A DNA stretch of 41,085 nucleotides from UHGV virus genome UHGV-0335424; one strand, written 5' to 3'. The notes beneath the pieces were generated by a model. The model had not been told where the DNA came from. It saw nothing but the letters and a program-made list of their open reading frames with translations, and searched no databases. The first letter of the stretch is position 1; every line of letters begins with the position of its first letter. This DNA comes from a virus. A program made the position numbers and the translations under genes. Shown here piece by piece: positions 34,883-41,085 of this stretch.

Positions 34883-35177
34883 GAAAGCGGCAATGCAGCG
34901 AATTATCGAATTGACTTATTCAGAAGATTGGCAAAATGACAAAGAAGCTGCTTCGGAAGTGATGAGACTTGGAAGAGAGATGTGGGCAGACAAGAGCAAC
35001 AAGCCAAGACCGCGAAAAATCGCAATCTGGCATGGCGACAAAATTCTAGTCACAGGAACTGCCCAGCAGTTAGCAAGTCTCACAGGCTTGCACGAGAAAA
35101 TCGTGAGGAAAAGAGCAAGGTGTGGCTACACAGACGCTAAGAAGAGAACGTTTAGATACGTGGAGGAATCATCATGA
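34875..35177 (+). CDS. Hypothetical protein, paralog A of a tandem pair.
   Basis: Shares PRKIAIWHGD(K/R)ILVTGTA and FRYVEE with 35332..35637. Confidence 0.5.
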   Translation: MDKKAAMQRIIELTYSEDWQNDKEAASEVMRLGREMWADKSNKPRPRKIAIWHGDKILVTGTAQQLASLTGLHEKIVRKRARCGYTDAKKRTFRYVEESS

Positions 35178-35335
35178 CAACAGAAGAAGTGATTCAAATG
35201 CGTATTCGAAGCATTCAACGTGAAATTGACGATCTGGAGCGGACAAAGGCAGTGATGGTCAATGAAACGGCTAGAAAGGCAATCGATTTGCACATAGAGA
35301 ACTTAAGAAGGGAAATTCGTAGATTGGAGGAATGA
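35174..35335 (+). CDS. Small coiled-coil protein between the paralogs.
   Basis: ATGA overlaps at both ends. Confidence 0.4.
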   Translation: MTTEEVIQMRIRSIQREIDDLERTKAVMVNETARKAIDLHIENLRREIRRLEE

Positions 35336-35637
35336 GCGTGGATAAGAAAGCGACAATGAAACGAATTGCTGAATTAACCAAGTCAGAATCTTGGCAGGAA
35401 GACAAAGAAATAGTTGCAGAAGTCCAAAAGCTCGGTAAATCAATGTGGACTGAAAAGCCTAAACGGAAAACGCCGAGAAAAATTGCAATCTGGCATGGTG
35501 ATCGAATTCTAGTAACGGGTACAGCTGAACAGTTATCTGAAATTACTGGACTGAGCAAAAACATTATCTGGGATAGAGCTAGGAGCTTATGGATTGATTC
35601 AAAAGGAAGACAGTTTAGGTATGTGGAGGAGAAATAA
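35332..35637 (+). CDS. Hypothetical protein, paralog B.
   Basis: About 50% identical to 34875..35177 by eye. Confidence 0.5.
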   Translation: MSVDKKATMKRIAELTKSESWQEDKEIVAEVQKLGKSMWTEKPKRKTPRKIAIWHGDRILVTGTAEQLSEITGLSKNIIWDRARSLWIDSKGRQFRYVEEK

Positions 35638-35639
35638 AG

Positions 35640-35852
35640 ATGAAAATATCAATTGTAACACTACAAGGAATTATAAATGAAAGTAAAAATGATTTGACTG
35701 TAGATGAATTACTAGCTAGAGCCAATATCGGAGAAGATGATATCGATTGGGAAGATTACGAAGTGTTACGAGAATGGACAAGCGTGTTAGTTAACGAAGC
35801 ACTAGATGCAATATTGATGAGAAGTGCGTTTTGTGCTGTGGAGGAGAAATAA
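35640..35852 (+). CDS. Hypothetical protein.
   Basis: 70 aa. Confidence 0.4.
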   Translation: MKISIVTLQGIINESKNDLTVDELLARANIGEDDIDWEDYEVLREWTSVLVNEALDAILMRSAFCAVEEK

Positions 35853-36169
35853 TGGATCTCATTACACAATACAGTGACATCATCCTCAAGAAAATCATGA
35901 TGAAGATTCAGAAAGATAAAAAATCAAAAGAACGAGCGGAATTAGTTAAGTTGGAAATGGCTGAAACAGGAGCAGGAGTGCGAAGTAGCAGGCATTGGAA
36001 AGCAGCAGCAAACATTGAATTTTATTACAACGAAATTCAAAAAGGGTTCGATCAGATGCGTGAGCTGGATCGACAAACAAATTGGAGCAAGAAACTTCAT
36101 CAAGATCGTTTCAAATTTTTAGAGAAATATAAAGAGATATTAGACGAATACTTGGAGGAACAGCGATGA
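35852..36169 (+). CDS. Hypothetical protein.
   Basis: RBS GGAGGAGAAATA then ATG at 35852. Confidence 0.45.
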   Translation: MDLITQYSDIILKKIMMKIQKDKKSKERAELVKLEMAETGAGVRSSRHWKAAANIEFYYNEIQKGFDQMRELDRQTNWSKKLHQDRFKFLEKYKEILDEYLEEQR

Positions 36170-36234
36170 ATAAACAGGAATTGATTGATAAATACGAGAT
36201 AGAAGTCGAACTTGGGTAAGGAGGAATAAAAAGA

Positions 36235-36582
36235 ATGAACACATTAGATTTTAAAGAAGGTCAAACATATATTTGTACAAAATCAGATAAACGATGGTGG
36301 AAAGTAGGTAAAGAATATAAGGTTGTGTTGGATGATGTCAATGAAGCAGTGCTTTTAGATGATGAAAACAGCCACTGGTCTTCAACTGAGTTGGCAACAC
36401 ACAATCTTAAATTCAAACTAAAGGAGGAACAACCAAAAGTAATGATGAAAGAGTTAAAAGAAAAAGATGTAGAACACAAGTATACACCATGTGACGTTAA
36501 TAAAATAATTATCAAAGCTTATCAAACATATAACAATGACGCACAACGCTTAGCATTTATAAAAGGGTATTTTGCGAAATAA
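36235..36582 (+). CDS. Hypothetical protein.
   Basis: RBS AAGGAGGAA. Confidence 0.45.
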   Translation: MNTLDFKEGQTYICTKSDKRWWKVGKEYKVVLDDVNEAVLLDDENSHWSSTELATHNLKFKLKEEQPKVMMKELKEKDVEHKYTPCDVNKIIIKAYQTYNNDAQRLAFIKGYFAK

Positions 36583-36769
36583 AAAGGAAAAATGGCTTCT
36601 ATTTTGAAGGAGGAACAGCGATGAATAAACAGGAAATAATCAAAAAGTTAGAAAGTATTAAATCGATAGGAAATGATGCAATAGCTGCTTGCTATAACGA
36701 GAGTATAAATTCAGGTATTACGTTAATGAAAAAATAGACGAACCGCAGAAACCAGTTATTCCACAACTC

Positions 36770-37189
36770 GTGGCCGGTTGGCTTGAGAAATTTACGGACC
36801 CTTTTACAAAAGCTGAAAAAATAGCGTATTTAATCAAATCTAAAGATGGTGATTCATATTATTTCTGTGATTGGTTTGTGCGAGATGGCATATTGACGCA
36901 AGAACAAGGAGAAGAATTACTCGCTTGGGCAACGAGACAATCATATGAAACACTATTGAGCCTATACAACGGCTACGAGGTTGAGAAAGAACCGTTGTAT
37001 GAAGTTATTATTGGTGACTTATATCTTATCAAGAAATTTAATAACAGAAATGATTTCTGTTTTGATATTAGTCGCTCGCTATGTACTTGGGAAAAATCTG
37101 CTTATCAGCTAACAGAAGCGGAAATCAAAGAAATTGATGAAAGATACTGGCCATTTGCTGTGCCAGTGGAAGAGGTGGTAGAAAGATGA
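36770..37189 (+). CDS. Hypothetical protein.
   Basis: 139 aa. Confidence 0.4.
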   Translation: MAGWLEKFTDPFTKAEKIAYLIKSKDGDSYYFCDWFVRDGILTQEQGEELLAWATRQSYETLLSLYNGYEVEKEPLYEVIIGDLYLIKKFNNRNDFCFDISRSLCTWEKSAYQLTEAEIKEIDERYWPFAVPVEEVVER

Positions 37190-37485
37190 GCGATTACTTA
37201 ACAGCAGAACAATATGAATATGCTAGAAAAACAGGAGATTGGGAATCGGGTAAAGTTCTCACTCATGGACAAGCGCTCAACGACAACCAGAAAATCGTGT
37301 TGGAGTGGTTAGAAGAATATTACGCAAAATCACAATGGCCGTTTCCTTTTTATGTGTTAAAGCATGCAGCAAACGATATGCCGACGAATATTTTTGGTTT
37401 TTATGATGATTTTACTATGAAAGAAGAATTTGAAGTTCTAGCAGCATTCGCTCAATGGGGATTAAAACAGGAGGAAGCGGAATGA
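37186..37485 (+). CDS. Hypothetical protein.
   Basis: ATGA overlap. Confidence 0.4.
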   Translation: MSDYLTAEQYEYARKTGDWESGKVLTHGQALNDNQKIVLEWLEEYYAKSQWPFPFYVLKHAANDMPTNIFGFYDDFTMKEEFEVLAAFAQWGLKQEEAE

Positions 37486-37679
37486 ATAAACGCCAAAAAA
37501 ATAAACAATTTAAAAAGCAGTTAATCAAAAACGGTTATCCAGATAAGAAAGTGAAACTTTATTGTTCAGAATGTGGAAACAGATTGAGTTTTAAGAATGA
37601 ATACCATAAAAGACATCTATTGTGTAACGAATTTTGCTTTATGCATAGCGTAGGTCTTGGGTGGAATGATTTTCTATGA
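37482..37679 (+). CDS. Small Cys-rich (zinc-finger-like) protein.
   Basis: ATG after the repeated cassette AAAACAGGAGGAAGCGGA. CSECGN…CNEFC. Confidence 0.45.
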   Translation: MNKRQKNKQFKKQLIKNGYPDKKVKLYCSECGNRLSFKNEYHKRHLLCNEFCFMHSVGLGWNDFL

Positions 37680-37694
37680 TGAGGAGGAAGCGGA

Positions 37695-38000
37695 ATGAAT
37701 GTTCAAGTTTATTTAAAAAGAGATTTGGCCAGGTTTCCTCGAAGCTGGGATGAATATTCCTGCCCATTCGAGGCAGAAGAAGAGAGCTATCTAATGTCTG
37801 CTAACATGATAGAAATTACAAGAGATGATGCGGATGAGTTTGATAAAAAAAGATCATGGTACTCGGTTTCGAATCCAATGTATACGGCTGTAATAGAAGA
37901 TTATCATATATCCGACAGATTTATTCTGGTTGATCTAGAAAGACCTAAGAAACGAATTAAACAGTATAGACGTTGCGGGTTTTCAACAAAGAAATGGTGA
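37695..38000 (+). CDS. Hypothetical protein.
   Basis: Preceded by GAGGAGGAAGCGGA. Confidence 0.45.
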   Translation: MNVQVYLKRDLARFPRSWDEYSCPFEAEEESYLMSANMIEITRDDADEFDKKRSWYSVSNPMYTAVIEDYHISDRFILVDLERPKKRIKQYRRCGFSTKKW

Positions 38001-38023
38001 AAATTAAAACAGGAGGAAGCGGA

Positions 38024-38320
38024 ATGAAACTAAAAGACGGATTTTACTCCAGCAGCCACGGCATCGGCGGTTTAATGCTAGATATGCCGACAAAGAACCC
38101 TAAAACACGTAAGAAACCAAAATTCAAAGTCGGCGACATGGTTCGATGTGAAGCAGAAGGATTCATCTATCCATTTCGTGGATATGTAGAACATGTTTAT
38201 AATCACTCAGCGATCATTCGTATTGAAAACACGATGGAATGCGACAAGTGGTTAGCGAAAAGCAAAGAGAATTTAGCTGTAGCGAGATTGGTGGATATTA
38301 AACTAATCAATGACAAATAA
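38024..38320 (+). CDS. Hypothetical protein.
   Basis: ATG after AAAACAGGAGGAAGCGGA. The track start at 37973 lacks an RBS. Confidence 0.45.
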   Translation: MKLKDGFYSSSHGIGGLMLDMPTKNPKTRKKPKFKVGDMVRCEAEGFIYPFRGYVEHVYNHSAIIRIENTMECDKWLAKSKENLAVARLVDIKLINDK

Positions 38321-38392
38321 AAAAGCCGGATCGCTCCGACTGATCTAATAAATTCCACAAGTTTATTATATCACATAAAGGAGCGGTTTGAC

Positions 38393-38812
38393 TTGATGCA
38401 ATTGTTACGAGAGGTAGATTTCAAACAGACAAGATGTAATGCGAGAGATGTGCTGAAGAACTTTCGGCGCTTGGAGCGGATGGCAGGTCGCTCTTTGATA
38501 GACATTAAGTCGCCTATCATAACCGATATGCCGAAGGCACCAAAGCACGTCAATAAGGCAGAAGACGCGATCATTCAAATGATGGATATAGAAGCAGAGA
38601 GAGACGCGATTTTAGCGGCTTTGATGGCTCTCAGTCTGATTAGTCGTCAGATACTCTACTACAGCTTCTGTGACGTAAATAAGCACTCTAATTATGAAAT
38701 AGGTCAATTGATACGAGGATACGGAGAGAAGAATGTAGAGAAGCTGAAATCCATCGCATTGATCGAATTTGCTGAAGCATACAAAAAAGGCGTATTAGTT
38801 CAGTATCGTTGA
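38393..38812 (+). CDS. ArpU-family late transcriptional activator.
   Basis: About 139 aa. Position before the packaging genes fits. Confidence 0.65.
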   Translation: MMQLLREVDFKQTRCNARDVLKNFRRLERMAGRSLIDIKSPIITDMPKAPKHVNKAEDAIIQMMDIEAERDAILAALMALSLISRQILYYSFCDVNKHSNYEIGQLIRGYGEKNVEKLKSIALIEFAEAYKKGVLVQYR

Positions 38813-38958
38813 TTTTGTAGGGTTTTTGTAGGGATAGTGTAGGGTTTTTGAGTGTTTTAACGTGATATTATGGTAGTGTCGAAAGATTAGTGATAGGTCT
38901 GAGACAAAATAATAATAAAAGGAACATCGTTTTATTATTGTTTCACAATTAAGCTTCG

Positions 38959-39046
38959 ATAGACAGCAACGGAAATATTAAGAATAAGGATGTGAATTTC
39001 AACTCCTTCTGATTGTTCTTATTATCTATCATCCGTTGCTGTCTAT
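38959..39046. repeat. 14-bp perfect inverted repeat ATAGACAGCAACGG / CCGTTGCTGTCTAT with a 60-nt spacer that is itself partly palindromic.
   Basis: Seen directly in the sequence. Confidence 0.6.
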
Positions 39047-39072
39047 TAATTTATGTATTGGAGGGAAAACGA

Positions 39073-39288
39073 ATGGATAAAGAAATCAAAGCAACTTTCA
39101 AATTAGATTTGACTGAACTAAAAGAACTGCTCAACAAGGCTAGTGACCAAGTCGAACAGTTACAAGAAACTTTAGATGAAATTGCTAATTTTAAAATCCA
39201 AGTTTCAAATAGAGAAGCAGATGAAACTGCTCCTCAAGACAGCGATGGGAATCTTTACGATTTCACTTCTCAGCCTAGGACGAACTAA
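39073..39288 (+). CDS. Hypothetical acidic protein (71 aa).
   Basis: RBS GGAGGGAAAACGA. Confidence 0.4.
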   Translation: MDKEIKATFKLDLTELKELLNKASDQVEQLQETLDEIANFKIQVSNREADETAPQDSDGNLYDFTSQPRTN

Positions 39289-39292
39289 AAAC

Positions 39293-39574
39293 TTAAAAAA
39301 TATTATTGTTAATATACTCCCATTGTTTGTCTGTAAGCCAACCTTGATTGTGATTAACGATTTCGGTAACAAAAAATTTATCACCCTTATCTAAGTATGG
39401 TTTGAGCTTATCTAACATTTGATTGGGAGTTAGGTTAGATCTTAGTAAATACGATGATTTCCAATAGTTACACCACACACCATTTGAAATTTCTTCTTTA
39501 ATTACTCGAATAACATCGTCGTATTTTTGACCAGGATTATTTAAATCGTAAGTTAACATATATGCTTTACTCAT
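39293..39574 (-). CDS. Hypothetical protein (93 aa) in reverse orientation, with its own promoter (39626..39653: TTGTGA, 16 nt, TATAAT).
   Basis: RBS AAAGGAG. Consensus -10 hexamer on the minus strand. Confidence 0.5.
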   Translation of the reverse strand: MSKAYMLTYDLNNPGQKYDDVIRVIKEEISNGVWCNYWKSSYLLRSNLTPNQMLDKLKPYLDKGDKFFVTEIVNHNQGWLTDKQWEYINNNIF

Positions 39575-39668
39575 AAAAATTCTCCTTTCAGTTTTATTTC
39601 AGCGGACCACTCGCTGATAACTAAAATTATACGCTTAGTATTTATTTTCACAATATTAATTTGTCACT

Positions 39669-40259
39669 GTGGCGGAAAGGGTAGACGCATGGATGAAGTA
39701 TCCCACTTATGACTGCGTTTTTTATTTTGGGAATATTGCTTGGGAGGTAATGAAAATGGTTGGAACTAGTCGCGAGATGGTCAAGCACATTCAGAAAAAC
39801 AAAGATAAAGTGAGTTACGACATTGAAACAGGAATTGTTACGACAGAAAAAGGTACTCATGGGTTTATATGTTCATCAACCGGCTACATTAGATTTAGGT
39901 TGGCAGGGAAAGTTGTACAGGCTCATACTTTTTTTGGTGTTTTGATATTCGGATCGGATTTGGAAGGTATGACTATAAACCATAAAAATGGTAATAAATT
40001 AGACAATCGCCAAGAAAACTTGGAGATAATGACGCTAGAAGATAACGTTAAGCATGAATGGCAGACGGGATTATGTGTTGCGAAGAAACCTACCAATCGA
40101 AAAAGAGTAATTCAAAAGGATTTGCAAGGAAGAAAAATAAGAGAATTTGAGAGTATTACTGAAGCCAGTAAATTTCACAATGTGAATCCACAAAGAATTA
40201 GATATGTTTGTATAGGAAGAACTGTTCAAGTAAATGGTTCTTCCTTTTGTTTTGCTTAA
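39669..40259 (+). CDS. HNH homing endonuclease with a C-terminal helix-turn-helix (NUMOD/IENR-like).
   Basis: INHKNGNKLDNRQENLEIMT (HNH core); …EASKFHNVNPQRIRYVCIGR. Confidence 0.7.
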   Translation: MAERVDAWMKYPTYDCVFYFGNIAWEVMKMVGTSREMVKHIQKNKDKVSYDIETGIVTTEKGTHGFICSSTGYIRFRLAGKVVQAHTFFGVLIFGSDLEGMTINHKNGNKLDNRQENLEIMTLEDNVKHEWQTGLCVAKKPTNRKRVIQKDLQGRKIREFESITEASKFHNVNPQRIRYVCIGRTVQVNGSSFCFA

Positions 40260-40268
40260 ATATTTTAT

Positions 40269-40340
40269 TGACGTGAAGCATCTGTGGTGATACGTCTGAC
40301 TTTTAATCAGAAGGTGCAGGTTCGAATCCTGTCACATCAA
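40269..40340 (+). tRNA. tRNA-like element, possibly a degenerate tRNA-Lys(UUU).
   Basis: Canonical T-arm GCAGG-TTCGAAT-CCTGT. Perfect anticodon stem TCTGA-CTTTTAA-TCAGA. Acceptor stem pairs at 6 of 7 positions and D-stem at 3 of 4. Position 8 is A rather than the usual U. Confidence 0.35.
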
Positions 40341-40526
40341 TTAGTAACCGAGGGGGGTATGAACTCGTGTGGTGCGAGCCCTAGGGAGGAACAGGATAAC
40401 CGCCTGTGTGTAGGTTGCTATTACATAGTTGGTTAGGTTAGATTGAGTTTTGGGATTTGGTACAAATGAATCGTCAAATGACTCAAGCACAGGATCGGAA
40501 ACGTCCCTGCCTGTGCATTACATATG

Positions 40527-40556
40527 AGATCACTCTTTGAGTGGTCTTTTTATTTT
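40527..40556 (+). terminator. Rho-independent terminator.
   Basis: AGATCACTC-tttg-AGTGGTCT followed by TTTTTATTT. Confidence 0.55.
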
Positions 40557-40572
40557 GAAAGGAGTTTTATCT

Positions 40573-40785
40573 ATGAATGAAAACCAATTAAGAGAGTTAT
40601 TTAAAACGAATGAAGCAAACCAAACCATGGAGGCGACATTCTATGAAACTCAAAAAAGCTTAGCGTTAATCGCAAAACAAGCTAAGTATTTCTACGATCA
40701 GCTTATTCTACAAGGGTTTAATGAAGGACAGGCTATGGAATTTATGATGCGAACCTTTTCTGCCAATAACCAACAGAGAGAGTGA
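40573..40785 (+). CDS. Hypothetical protein (70 aa).
   Basis: RBS AAAGGAG then ATG at 40573. Confidence 0.45.
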   Translation: MNENQLRELFKTNEANQTMEATFYETQKSLALIAKQAKYFYDQLILQGFNEGQAMEFMMRTFSANNQQRE

Positions 40786-40791
40786 TACATA

Positions 40792-41016
40792 ATGAGAAAC
40801 TACTGGTATGTATCATTATCAAATAAATATCCGCAACCAAACGCAGATGATCCAATTAGAGTTGTCCAATCAGTCCAAATCAAAAAGAAGTACTCCATCA
40901 TTGAAATGACCAGAGAAGCTACACCGAAAGAGATCGATAAGTACAATCTTCGTTACTGTGGCCATGGATATTTTAGTGAGCAGAACATACAGACAAATAT
41001 TGAGAGATATTGTTAA
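40792..41016 (+). CDS. Hypothetical protein.
   Basis: 74 aa. Confidence 0.4.
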   Translation: MRNYWYVSLSNKYPQPNADDPIRVVQSVQIKKKYSIIEMTREATPKEIDKYNLRYCGHGYFSEQNIQTNIERYC

Positions 41017-41042
41017 TAAAATTGAAAGGTGGTGGCTTGAAT

Positions 41043-41085
41043 GTGGTAAATTTGACACCAAAACAAAAAGCTTTTGCGGATGAAT
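41043..41085 (+). CDS. terS: Terminase small subunit, N-terminal part; continues at 1..491.
   Basis: GTG after GGTGG with a 7-nt spacer. Reads …NLTPKQKAFADE and joins in frame to window position 1. Confidence 0.55.
   Translation, partial: MVNLTPKQKAFADE

Overview
The window is a complete, circularly permuted genome of a temperate siphovirus from a low-GC Gram-positive host. I infer this because the last 43 nt (41043..41085) and the first 491 nt join seamlessly into one terminase small-subunit ORF (…KQKAFADE|YIKNGGNATQAAIKAGYS…).

The layout on the + strand is:
- Packaging and head: terS, PBSX-type terL, an SPP1-like portal, a gp7/MuF-like head morphogenesis protein, a scaffold protein and the major capsid protein.
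- Connectors: head-tail connector, head closure protein and a gp10-like tail completion gene.
- Tail: major tail protein, a G/GT chaperone pair, tape measure protein, Dit and Tal.
- Baseplate: a TP901-1-style module with a BppU-like protein.
- Lysis cassette: XkdX-like protein, XhlA-like protein, holin and an amidase endolysin.
- Accessory zone: a 1.1 kb moron cassette, a tRNA(CAU) gene, a ~100 nt sRNA candidate, GGGGCAAA repeats and a two-gene accessory operon on the minus strand.
- Lysogeny module: minus-strand integrase, a Zn-ribbon membrane protein, an ImmA protease and a cI-like repressor, followed by a genetic switch.
- Early region: cro-like gene, Bro-N/KilA-C antirepressor, a Rad52/Sak-like annealing protein, a replisome organizer with internal ori iterons, many small ORFs, an ArpU late activator, a free-standing HNH endonuclease and a tRNA-like element just upstream of terS.

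Highlights:
- A group I intron (6957..7959) carrying a homing-endonuclease ORF splits the HK97-gp10-like tail completion gene. P1 and P10 pairings can be read directly from the sequence.
- A start-less Big_2 Ig-like ORF is fused to the end of the major capsid gene through a -1 frameshift on a GGGGG run.
- A canonical G_GGA_AAG frameshift joins the two tail chaperone ORFs.
- A baseplate BppU N-domain is fused to a calcineurin-like metallophosphoesterase.
- A receptor-binding protein carries a C-terminal SGNH/GDSL esterase domain.
- The endolysin has a signal peptide.
- A two-gene membrane-protein moron is flanked by 41-bp direct repeats.
- The early region contains repeated RBS/start cassettes that mark module junctions.

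All calls rest on reading the sequence and recalling protein families. No database search was run.
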